From: the human T2T-CHM13v2.0 reference genome, Homo sapiens
Length of the DNA: 64,000 nucleotides
NCBI RefSeq assembly: GCF_009914755.1
Contig: NC_060940.1
Strand: one strand, 5' to 3'
Part shown: positions 1 to 14,000 of the stretch, piece after piece
Numbering within the stretch: the first letter of the stretch is position 1
Layout: each line of letters begins with the position of its first letter
The notes under the pieces: model-generated
Database searches by the model: none
Told to the model about the DNA's origin: nothing
What the model saw: only the letters and a program-made list of their open reading frames with translations
Program-made: the position numbers and the translations under genes

Positions 1-89
1 AATATTAATGAATTCAATTTTGATTTCATATATTCTTTTTTAATGATTTTTTAATGTCATCATTCAGAAGGCTAGTTTTCACAACCCCA

Positions 90-290
90 AGGCAGCCTGG
101 TGTTGAGGTAAGAATCCACTGATTTAGACAGCAAGGTCAGAGTTTCAACCCTGACTGCTACATACAGCCTATAACGGCAGTATGCCACTCACTCTACCTT
201 TATGATCTTTATATTCATCATAAGGAAAGTGGTAACCCTTCACATGATTGTTGGGGCTATAAGTGAAACAGTGAAGTGGGTACTCTTTGT
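90..290 (+). mobile_element. MIR SINE, degenerate
   Basis: MIR-like order of motifs: GAGGTAAGAATCCACTGATTTAGACAG...TTTCAACCCTGACTGC...TTCATCATAAGGAAAGTGGTAACCCTTCACATGATTG. Confidence 0.55.
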
Positions 291-869
291 GGTTGGACAG
301 AAGAAAAAAATACATCTGCAAGGATACATATCAAATTCTCAACCACACTGTCCTTTAGGGTATTGAGGATTTGTGAAGGTGCATCTTGAGGAGGGGACTG
401 AGTATATGGGGTGATGAAGGACTCCTATTTTATATTTTACACACTTCCAAACTATTTGAATGATATGTGAAAAGGAACATGCCTCATGTGTAAATATCAA
501 AGATTAACAAGACATATAAGAATAAAAATGGCAAGAAGACAAAAAGAAGGGGTTCATGGTTCTTGATTTGTTTGCTGAACTAAGTGAAACTAAGTGGATT
601 TCCATGCCTGTGTTCCTTCTCTCCTCAGAACCATGGGGGCTCTTCCAGGGCTGTCTCGATTCTAAGGTCAGTTGTGCAGGAGAGTCACAGGAAAGGCAGC
701 ACCCCAGAAATCCTGGTCCACTCAAGGTCCAAACTGCCTCATTAAATAGCCTGAAATCCTTGAAGCATTAAAAAAAGAGAGTGAGAGAGAGAGAAGACAA
801 AGAAAATGAAAACGTAAACCCCCAGCAAACTTCTGTAGTCACTCTGTTTATCATAACTATAGTCCTAAC

Positions 870-1110
870 ACTATTACTATCAATAATTAACAGTTACTGT
901 AATTTTGCTATGGTCTTGGGATTATGCTTAGTATTTTTAAATCAATGTTTCATTTAATGTTTGCACAATATTTGAAGACATTATTATCATCCCCATTGTG
1001 GACACGTGAAAACTCATGCTAGAGGGTTCAGGTAACTGAGCTGTAGTCACAGGTTACCAAGTTATGAAGCTGCAAACCAAATTCCAGCAACCTGGAATGC
1101 TACATGGGAT
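870..1110 (-). mobile_element. MIR SINE
   Basis: Reverse MIR core: ATTATTATCATCCCCATTGTGGACACGTGAAAACTCATGCTAGAGGGTTCAGGTAACT. Confidence 0.65.
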
Positions 1111-1574
1111 TGAACAGCAGAAGCTTAACAGTACTAAAGAAGAGAAGTTGGCAAACTCGTTCTTTCTGAATACAGTTGAGTTTCTTGTGGCCTTGGATTA
1201 CAGACTCAACATCATTAGTGTTATAAGGGATGGTGCAGGTCTTTGAGTTCGATCTCTCTGTCAGTAAGAGAGAGTAAAGAATCTTTTCCACATATCTATG
1301 ACAGATGATCTTCTATCTCTGTTTAAACAGCTCTAATAAAAGAAAATTCAAGATATATGTGAACAAATCTTTGCACTGCTGAATAATTCCACTCATTATA
1401 ACCTCTTCCTTAAATGAAGCATAAATTGGTTGCCCTAAGAAATTGCACCAAAGACCTTGGTTCTCGTATCTGGAGAGCCACATAGGTACGTGTTACCTCT
1501 TCTGTAGAATAATGTGATAATGTTTGAAAGATATGAATGCAATGCTAAATTTGGGTGGTTTCTCTAAAAGAGAA

Positions 1575-1800
1575 AGTAGAGTCTGGGCTTAAGCAACCAC
1601 GGTTCTAGACTCAAACCTCACTTTGGCTCTTTGCTAGCCATTAATCTTTGAGCAAGTTCCTTAAATTCTGAGTCTCTATCTATTTGAATCTACAAATTGA
1701 GGAATACAGTATCCTTGCCATAGGACTTATGAGAACAAATATGAAGTTCCCAGTGCAGGATAGTGCCAGGCACAGAATAAGTATCTAGGACGTGTTGGTT
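1575..1800 (+). mobile_element. MIR SINE
   Basis: TTGAGCAAGTTCCTTAAATTCTGAGTCTC...CTACAAATTGAGGAATACAGTATC...AGTGCCAGGCACAGAATAAG. Confidence 0.7.
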
Positions 1801-2079
1801 TTCTCTTCTTTCACTCTTTTGTTTATCTTTCTGATTTCTCTCTAGTGTTTTTATGAACCTCTTGAAACATGAGACTCTCACATAGACACAGTCCTCCAGA
1901 TGACTCTAATGCAAAGGAAGGTAAAGAAAGGCTGGACTGCAGATCTCATGACATAAACAGTGATTTTCTATTTAAATGTCTTCATTATTCCGAAGATACA
2001 TATAGCCTAAAAATAGGTGAAAAAATCAAATCCCTCTTCCCTGCTTCCTAACCAAATCTGACGTCTCCAGTATTAAACT

Positions 2080-2879
<800 letters not shown>

Positions 2880-3690
2880 AGATGCTAGGCTCTTTAGAAA
2901 ATATTACTTTTCTTAAAAAGATGAAATTACTTCTTTGGTTTCCAGAAGTGATTAACATGGATATCCTCCAGTTTAGAGCATCTGAGTGTTGCTAAGCTAG
3001 TGGAATACTTCCTATTCTCTAATAAAATTCAAAAGTTACAGAAAATTACGCTAATGAATCTCTAGACCTTAGAACTGTTTTTACAATCCCTGAAGGAAGG
3101 TATCTGCTCTTATGCACGTGATCATGATCTTCTTTCCTTCAGAGGATAACAGTTTCCACTTTTCAAGAATATGTTTGATCTTCTCTTAGCTGTTAGAAAA
3201 TAGAGCCATGAAGCTTCAATTCAGATCAGAGGAGGAAGAAAAATGAACATCGTAAAAGCAGAACTTTATTATTTTACCAAACAAGCCTTAGCTCTTATTC
3301 ACGCATCTTCCTTACGTCATTTCCAGTTTATTTGTTATATTTTAAATTATGAAAATGGTTTAGAAAACTGTTTTTTAATCTTATTTTAACAAGCTTCCTG
3401 AATACAGTCACCTCAGCACAAAATCTAAAAGATATTGGCTTTTGTTTATATGTATTCATATTTTACCTATTTGCAATCATATTTATTTGTATTTTTAAAC
3501 TAGTAATGAAATATGCCTTCATTTTTACTGTTACACATTCTAGTGATAAGACTGAAGCCCAGTTTGGTATAGCAGCTGCCTGAGCTATAATATAGATCTT
3601 AAAACACTGAAAGCCTAAAAAGTACATAATTTTTAATTTAATTTTTATATAAATATTTTAAAATCCTATCTATATTAGTAAAGAATTGCC

Positions 3691-3860
<170 letters not shown>

Positions 3861-5629
3861 TGAATTATTTTCTTAATATTAATTCACCTGAGAGAAAGAA
3901 TTGGATCAAAATGAATGAGTATGTTATTCCTTTTTTTTCTTTTTCACTAAAGACATGTGATCCCTGCATTTTTATTCTTAATGTCTATTGCCATAGCCAT
4001 TTACAATAATTCATAGTGCTACCACTCATGCATAGATATTGCTTAAACTGTTAATTTTCTAAGCACTCTGTTTTAATGGAGACCTTTCCTTTTTGTATTT
4101 GTTCCACCCAGTGCTATGTTTGTGGCTTTTAGATATTAGGGAGTATATAAATTTGTTACATCAATTTTCTCTATGATAAATTATAAAGAAAATTATTCTA
4201 TTTAGTTTTATTCATCTCCTCATGAAATAGTACAATTAGATTTTGGGATGTGACAACCTTACATCATTTTGTTTTTCTAAAATATCTAACTGGTATTTTT
4301 ATCAGAGAGTTGGTTGTAATGCTAACATTATTACAGCTATGCATAAACCAACAATGGCCACTACAAGGCTTGTAAAAGCACATGTAAAATATGAAATGAC
4401 TTTCAAAATTCACCAAATTTGTCTGCCATAGAAAAAAACTGTTGAGAACTCATTGGTGCCAAGTAGGTAGGTGCTATGGAAAAGCAAAGATGAATAAGAC
4501 ATAGCTGTTATATTGAGAGAGGTGTCATTGCTGAGCGATAATAAAGGAAATCTTGAAAAAAATAAAACAAAAAGGCCCCACAGAAATAGAGGCAGAATGT
4601 GGAAAAGTCCCAAGTGGAATGAAATGTTATGGCATTTAGAGATTGGAGAAATGAATTTGGGGTTTAAAACTCCCTGTTTGGGGCAGGAAGGGGTGGTGGA
4701 ATTTATGGTGATTAAGATTTATCAAAACCCAAAAAAAGACTTTTTTTTTCTGTCTCTCGAGTTATAAAATAGTGCCAAATAAGGCTAATTCCTGGGGAAT
4801 CAGAAATAAACTCTTCTCCCTAGAGAAGGGTCTTCTCTTAGTCTTTGTTTTTTAAAAGCTGAGATTGTGCTGAGCAATGCAACTCTGGGAATTGTGCTGT
4901 GGGAGAATGCAGTGTGTTTGGGGTGTGTTTGCTTTTGGGTGGTGCTTTCCCAAGGAGTAGAGTTTGGTCTGGGGTCCAGAAAATCTCTGGAAAATGGGCT
5001 TGGCTTCCCATCGTCCTGCAAGAGTGGAATGTGCCTTGTACACTTAGCCACCAGCATGGTTTGCCATCCAACACTAGGGACTGCAAAAGACAATCTGTCA
5101 TTCCAATATTTCTCAGCAAGCCCACCAAAGACCAGATGCTTGTATCTTCTTGTTTTTCCTCTGCCACCGAGAAATCCCACTGTAGCTAGTCCTGGGTCTG
5201 GAGAATGGAATGTATGCGTTGCATTCCTTTCTAGGATAGCTGATCAGGGTTGTCTGCCGCCTTACCCTGTGAGAAAATTTGTTTATTGATCTTCAGTAAA
5301 TCTGGGAGCCTACATTCCAGCACAGCTTGTCAAAATACTGGTCAAGTTAATATGTCATTTGATTAGTCCCTCATGGCCACCAAGGATCCCAGAAATTTGA
5401 TACATAAAGAAATATAAATCACCTCCTTTTTTCTCCCTTTACCTTTTCTCCCACTACTGTTAAAATATTAAGCCATTCAACTTTGCTGATCAATCTTGAA
5501 ATGCATACTACAATTCGTTTCAAAAGAAAGCTGGGAAGCATGGCTACAAAGCTTGGCTCTGCCACTGTGATCAAGTGGGCTGGATTTAAGTGTGTGGTTT
5601 CTCATGCAATGAGAATATTCTCCCAAATC

Positions 5630-6261
5630 TTCTTTTTTTTTTTATACTTTAAGTTTTAGGGCACATGTGCACAATGTGCAGGTTTGTTACATATGTATAC
5701 ATAGGCCATGTTGGTGTGCTGCACCCATTAACTCGTCATTTAACATTAAGTATATCTCCTAATGCTATCCCTCCCCCCTCCCCCCACCCCACAACAGGCC
5801 CCGGTGTGTGATGATCGCTTTCCTGTGTCCATGTGTTCTCATTGTTCAATTCCCACCTATGAGTGAGAACAAGCGGTGTTTGGTTTTTTGTCCTTGCGAT
5901 AGTTTGCTGAGAATGATGGTTTCCAGCTTCATCCATGTCCCTACAAAGGACATGAACTCATCATTTTTTATGGCTGCATAGTATTCCATGGTACATATGT
6001 GCCACATTTTCTTAATCCAATCTATCATTGTTGGACATTTGGGTTGGTTCCAAGTCTTTGCTATTGTGAATAATGCCGCAATAAACATACGTGTGCATGT
6101 GTCTTTATAGCAGCATGATTTATAATCCTTTGGGTATATATCCAGTAATGGGATTGCTGGGTCAAGTGGTATTTCTAGTTCAAGATCCCTGAGGAATCGC
6201 CACACCGACTTCCACAATGGTTGAACTAGTTTACAGTCCCACCAACAGTGTAAAAGTGTTC
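5630..6261 (-). mobile_element. L1PA (L1PA3/4-like) 5'-truncated 3' end
   Basis: ORF 5846-6217 is the L1 ORF2 C-terminus (MWKSVWRFLRDLELEIP...FSLIGGN); L1PA 3'UTR and poly(A); imperfect TSD CCAAATC(C)TT. Confidence 0.95.
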
Positions 6262-6566
6262 ACCACCAAATCCTTAAATAACTGGCCCCTTCTCACCATT
6301 CAAGTGTCAGTTAATCTAGCAACACCTCAGACAGGGCTTCCCTGACCAATTTAGGTACCTTCTCTTCCCCATTTCCCTATTGCTCACCATCCCATTATAT
6401 TCTGATATTGTATTATGATGATTTAATTTTGTGTTTATTTTCATCATAGAACTTGTCACTATCTAATGTTATCCCATTTATTAATATTATTGTTATTGTT
6501 ATTATTTGTCTCCTTTAGCAAGAGGAATGTAAACTTCATGAGAGATAGGAGATTTTTCTGTCTGTC

Positions 6567-6597
<31 letters not shown>

Positions 6598-6950
6598 GAG
6601 ACAGAGTCTTGCTCTGTCCCTCAGGCTGGGAGTGCGGTGGCACGATCTCGGTTCACTGCAGCCTCCACCTCCCTGGTTGAAGTGATTCTCGTGCCTCAGC
6701 TGCCCAAGTAGCTGGGATTACAGGCACCTACCACCACACCCAGATAATTGTTTTCTTTTGTATTTTTAGTACAGATGGGGTTACACCATGTTGGCCAGGC
6801 TGTTCTCAAACTCCTGACCTCAAGTGATCCACTGCCTAGGCCTCCTAAAGTGTTGGGATTACAGGCATGAGCCACCGCACCTGGCCTATTTATCTGTAAT
6901 GCCTGGCACATTTTCAGGCATAGAATAAACAGTCAATATGTGTTTGTTCA
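6262..6950 (+). mobile_element. L2 LINE 3' end, interrupted by L1PA and Alu
   Basis: CACCTCAGACAGGGCTTCCCTGACC...AATGTAAACTTCATGAGAGATAGG...TGCCTGGCACA...GTCAATATGTGTTTGTT. Confidence 0.65.
6571..6886 (-). mobile_element. AluS
   Basis: Full dimeric Alu with long poly(T) on + strand. Confidence 0.95.
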
Positions 6951-6969
6951 AAGCAAAGTTAAACGAATG

Positions 6970-8310
<1,341 letters not shown>

Positions 8311-8630
8311 ACATGATGTTATATTTAAGCGCCTTTTTTTCCCAACTTGGATTGTATTCCTAATATGCTTTGGAGGTATATCAATATGATTTTTGTATAA
8401 CATTTGTGTTGAATGAATGAATACATGACTTTTAAAAAAATTTAAGAAACTCAATCATTATATAAATCCAGCAGAGCATTTATCATTTAGTATCTGCCAG
8501 GACCAGGAGATACAAGGAGAGTAAAGTATAGAAAATTCATTGCTCCAAATGTTTTCTCCCTAGTAAGGAAAATCATGTATATCCCTGAAGAAACCTGTTG
8601 TGAAAATGAAAATGCCTTCAGGCTGAGAAC

Positions 8631-8935
8631 TTTTTTTTTTTTTTTTTTTTTTGAGACAGGGTCTCACTCTGTTGCCCTGGCTGGAGTGCAATGGCATGAT
8701 CTCGACTCACTGCAACCTCTGCATCCCGAGTTAAGCGATTCTCCCACCTCAGACTCCCAAGTAGCTGGGACTACAGGCACGTACCACCACACAGGGCTAA
8801 TTTTTTGTAGTTTTTGGCAGAGATGGGTTTTCACCATGTTGGCCAGGCTGGTCTCGAACTCCTGATCTCAAGTGATCTGCCCACCTCGGTCTCCTAAAGT
8901 GCTAGGATTACAGGCGTGAACTACTGCGCCCGGCA
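8631..8935 (-). mobile_element. Alu (old S/J)
   Basis: Alu consensus; TSD CAGG(C/T)TG(A/G)GAACTTTT at 8619 and 8936. Confidence 0.95.
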
Positions 8936-9168
8936 CAGGTTGGGAACTTTTGATGCTGTCTATGTTCTTCCCTGGAAGCGAGCTTTAAAATTATGTCTTC
9001 TGGGAAGCCTTCTCTCAAGCATGGGCTAGGTTAAGCTCCCTGTCAAAGGCTTGTGCCCAACACAGCTTAGGCTTTTTCGATAACGCTCCTTCGAATTGGT
9101 GTCCCTCACATGTGGCACACTGTCCCTAGTATGTGGCACACTGTAGATTCCCAATAAAAACATATTAA

Positions 9169-9465
<297 letters not shown>

Positions 9466-12400
9466 TAAATGTGTTAAGGAATGCAAGTTGTAAATGTAGC
9501 CAGAAGATCCTAATTCTTCTAGGGCATCATGACAAATTACAGAAATTTAACTTCATGTAGAACATCAAACTCCCTAGCTAAATTGTCAAATTAGAGTGGG
9601 CATTCTTTTTTCCATCTTTAATAGACGTTCCCAGCCAAGTAGCTTTTTTAAGCTCAAAATCTTCAAAGCAGCATGTATTTCTTTGAGTTACTGTGAAGAG
9701 AAAAATGCCCCATACAATTTATTCAAGGTTCCATTAAGAAACCCTATTAAACTCTTTCCCTCCAAACATATGTAGTCTTAGAGAGTATGGCTGTGTGTGT
9801 TTGTATGTCTATGTAAGATATACATGTCTTTGAGACATATCATTTCCATCCTGAAATGCTCCAGTTGGATATTTCATGTTGCACAGGATGAAGGGCGTTT
9901 AGAGGGATGGGGGAGGCAGAATCATTCTGAAGGCTGCAGGGACTGAAGATTTCAGAACGTCTGACGGAGTAAGCCTGGCTCTGACTATAGAGCCTCTTCC
10001 TCTTCAGATCCCAGGGGGCTCTTTCTCTGCAACTGTAGGCATCTTAATCTCTTTGAGCCTCAGAGTCTTTGTTGTAAAGGTAGAATCATTTGACCTGAAT
10101 AATTTGATCATAGTAAGGGTTAAAGGAGGTGATGAGTAAAGTCTCTCACGATTTCGGGTGGTTAATTAAGCCATTCTCACCACCACCACCACCACCATTT
10201 TCTTTCTGATAAAGTAAATGAAGCAAGGCGTGTGATAATGAGGGCTAAAGGGCCTCTATAAACCAGGACCCCACCCCGGGCCCCACCATAGAGCCTAAGC
10301 TCTGTGATCTGCTGGATGCCTCAGATCTGAGAACAGCCACAGAAGAAAGAAATGTGATCCCTTTCTGAGGACCCAGGACCCTGAGTTACTGTATATATTC
10401 AGTTCATCAATTATCAAGAGCATTTCCTGTCATATCCACACATTTAACAGTATCCTCCTTCTCAAGAGCCCATTGGCACACTCGATTTTAAAATGTCCTT
10501 GTAAAAAAGAACAACAGAGATTTTCTACCAGGCCCATCTGCCTTTTAATTTTATTTCTGTCCCTAGGTCCCTAGTGGTTTTTGTTTTGTCTGGTTCTACA
10601 TTTACGTGGAATTGCTCAGGGATGTTTTTTATGGTTAGAAAGTGCCTGATTTCTGTAGCTATCTATGTGTGAACATAAACCTCACCAGTTTACAAGAAGC
10701 TTGGACGTTCCAAATGGTAGAGGAATGGTTTGTGCAATGCTTGGTACTAGTTCCTGAGGCTTCTGTTCTGTCACTTTCCAGAAAGAATTAGGTAGTACCA
10801 GAATTATTAGAGAATCATTTATTTTTATGTAGGGCATGTATAAAGCTTGCACCAAAACAAGCAGTGATAAAAGTACAGGGTTCTGCCTCTTGCAAGGAAA
10901 TTTCTCAAATGGCCAGGATGGATTTCAGCCTATCAAGGATAAAACTGTTGAACTAGACCTCTGGCTAGGCATCAGAGAGTCTCCATTTCCCATTCTCTAA
11001 GGCAAAAAATATGAACCAGTTTCCACTGGCAGTACTGGAGGTGATTTTCATAAGTGCATGAACAAAATAACAATGAAATCTCAGGGACTGAATGTAATTG
11101 AAAAGGGACTCACTTTCTTATTTGCTGATTACATCAAGGGGAAGTTCTCTCTTGGCTCAGCCCCAGCGTGTCTTTAATTCTTCTCTGTTAAAAAGGGAGA
11201 TTAGCAAGCATTAATGAGAGAACAGGCTTCAGGCTAGAGCCTTTGGCAGGCGACAGTATCCAATTAGAAGGTAATGAAAAAAAAAACAGTGAAAATAATA
11301 GAATGTTTTAAAATTTTTATTGTGGCAAATGATATAAAGATTCCTTTTTATGTATTTCTATTTGGGAAAAAAGTGAGTTGGCTTAAGGAGAAATATTATG
11401 GAAATATTAATACACATGGTCTTTTGGATATCACCTGGAAGATTCCAATCCATCAGGGGTTCTGTCTATATCTATAACCTACATTTTGCCCCTTTACTTC
11501 CAGCCTGAGGGTAAAGAACAAACATGGGAAATTCTGAATTTCTTGAAAATTCTACAGAAAATAGAATAATGGCCCCTTAGCTATTTCCTTCATGTTTACA
11601 GTTACAGCCTGCTTTAATTAGATAATCTCTAAGATTCCTTCAAGCTGTAGCTGCTCTCTTTTTAGATGCGACTGTTGGGGCTCAAAGAGGTAATGGAATT
11701 TGCCCAAATTCACAGGACAAGGAACTGGCAGACCCAATACAAGGACCCATGGCTCCCTGTTCCCCATCTGCCGAGTGAAGCTGTCTAAGAAGGTTGGGGC
11801 AATATTCCTCTCTTCTCCTGTTCCAAATGTGGTTTTATCCTGCCAAATCTAGCCTGTAGGTATTGGCCAACTGGGACAAGAGGGGCCTCAGCTTGCCAAC
11901 TTCGAGGCCAAGACCATCTGGTGTGTGAGAAAGACATGTGTGATGATGACCTCAGGGATGAGATGACACCAGCCCCAAAGCCCCTGGGGACCCTGCAGTT
12001 CCGTTCTTCCAAAGAGTCCAGTGATGGTCTCTTCCTTCCTATGACATAGGAGACTACCCTGTGTTTATTGTTCCCACAGCCCAGTCCCAGGGTGGGCCTT
12101 CTGTGACTGCTTCTCAGCCCCACCCTGTCTAAACATGCAGCCCCTACTGAGCTCTCTTCAGCCATCCCAGCAGAACTTTGCTAAACCCTACTGCTGACAA
12201 AAGCCAAAAGCCATTTAACAAATGCCGGAGATGTCTATGTCATTTTGTTTATTAGATTTGGTCTCCTTTACAGTTAGAGGTCTACTTATTTTTTAACAAA
12301 AATTTCTTTTTACTAAAAAATTGGCATAGGAAAATTATTTCCTAGACTCCTGTACGCAATAAGTCATCTGTCCATTTACAGTGTCATGCATAATACTACT

Positions 12401-12984
12401 GAGTCATGAATGGTGGATCCATTCAAAGACCAAAACCTACAAAGAATGCATTAGCCCAAATTTTTCCTCACAGGGCTTTTCTTTTTTTCATTTTGTAATC
12501 AGGACATCTGGGAATTCTATAAAATCAAGTGCTTTGATATGAAGAAAGGAAAAGCCTATTAGTTTGTTTTCATATACAAGCAAAACAGATTCACAGATTT
12601 ATCAAGAGAATTCTGCTATAATGATACCTGAGCTGGGACAGTGAATCTTTTTGAAACTTATGTTAAGGGTATTCCCTTAAGCACCAGAATTTACCCTCAG
12701 CAGTCTAGATAGACAATCCCAAATGTAACAAACAAATCATATGGATGAAAACTGGGAAGACAGATTTACAAAAGGATGGGGGAAATTGTGTTCCTCTTTC
12801 TCTCTTGCTCTGTCCTGAAATGTGGCTTCCACCTGCTCTTTTATTCTTCAGTGATAACTCTGAATGAAAGTGCCTGTATAGAATGAAAAACCAAACTGTG
12901 CTATCAGCAACTAGTTGAAAATCACTTCCTGAGCACATCTGGTGCTCAAGCAGAAGGGACTTGACATTTAAGCACAGGACAAGA

Positions 12985-13195
12985 ACAGCAAAGTGGTCAA
13001 GAGCATTGCTGGGAGGTCAGACTGCCCTCATTTGAGAATCCTGGCTCCAACACTAACCAGTTCTGAGGATTCAGGCATGTGACTTCACCTCTTCAAGCCT
13101 CCATTCCCTTATCTTCTAAAGGGAGATTATAACAAGATCCTCCTCACAGGTTGTGGAAGGATCATGTAATACCTTTAGAATGTGCCTGGCACTAA
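12985..13195 (+). mobile_element. MIR SINE
   Basis: GTGGTCAAGAGCATTGCTGGGAGGTCAGACTGCC...TGACTTCACCTCTTCAAGCCTC...GTGCCTGGCAC. Confidence 0.8.
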
Positions 13196-13407
13196 GTTTT
13201 TATGGTTTTGATATGCATGTGCCAACAATAATAAAAAATTGCTAGCAGCCTTTGTACATGGTGGAGACTGCTCCCTCCAAGGTGAAAAAACAGGGTCCTA
13301 AATTCTCTCCCTTGCTTCCTGCTGTATTTAAAAGAGAATGAGTAGAATTCTCATTCCAGCTCACCTACCAACTGAAGGTCTTAATATCAGGTAAATTACT
13401 TCCTTTC

Positions 13408-14000
13408 TGTATTTATCGGGACTCTTTTGGTTCTATGTGTCATGAACCCTACTCACACCATTAGACATAGAATGCAATTTATTAGAATATGCAGTTGGGA
13501 AGTCCAGGTACCAGCTTCAGGTACTATTGGATACAGAGATCGTAAATGACTAAACTCTGTTGACCTCAGGTACCAGCTTCAGGTACTATTGGATACAGAG
13601 ATTGTAAATGACTAAACTCTGTTGACCTCAGATACCAGCTTCAGGTACTATTGGATACAGAGATTGTAAATGACTAAACTCTGTTGATGTCTTGTTTTCT
13701 GATGCATTATCCTCCTCCTTAGCCTTCTCTAATTCATGGCTTTGTTTCTACTGGGTCTTGTCTTATTCTTATCTATTGCACACAAGTTTCTTTTACATGT
13801 TTCAAGATATCCCTGATCATGTCTTCCAATTCTGTTTCCCAAAAGATAAAACCTCCTTTTCTTCAGCTCTACATGAGCAAAGTCCTGGAAAAGAATTAGA
13901 ATGACCCAGCTTGGGACTTGGAAGTAAAAGCTGGGCTAATTGACACAATTGGAGAAATGTGGTTATAATTGTCTGGGTCTGCATTATATACCCAACCATC
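13408..14000 (-). mobile_element. Old MaLR LTR (MLT1K/L-like)
   Basis: TGTATTTATCGGGACTCTTTTGGTT...AATTTATT...AAGTCCAGG...GCTTCAGGTAC..TGGAT resembles the MLT1K/L terminus. Confidence 0.55.
13505..13687. repeat. 62-bp tandem repeat, ~3 copies
   Basis: Units start at 13505, 13567 and 13629; only two variant positions among copies. Confidence 0.98.

Noticed and set aside
629-666. 38-nt exon-like segment (TTCCTTCTCTCCTCAG...AAG|GTCAGT)
   Set aside because: Good acceptor but only a moderate donor and no other support; such pairs are common by chance
5846-6217. 123-aa ORF2p C-terminal ORF
   Set aside because: Part of a ~630-bp truncated L1PA with no promoter or RT domain
13505-13687. CRISPR-like array
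   Set aside because: Head-to-tail units with no unique spacers, in primate DNA with no cas genes
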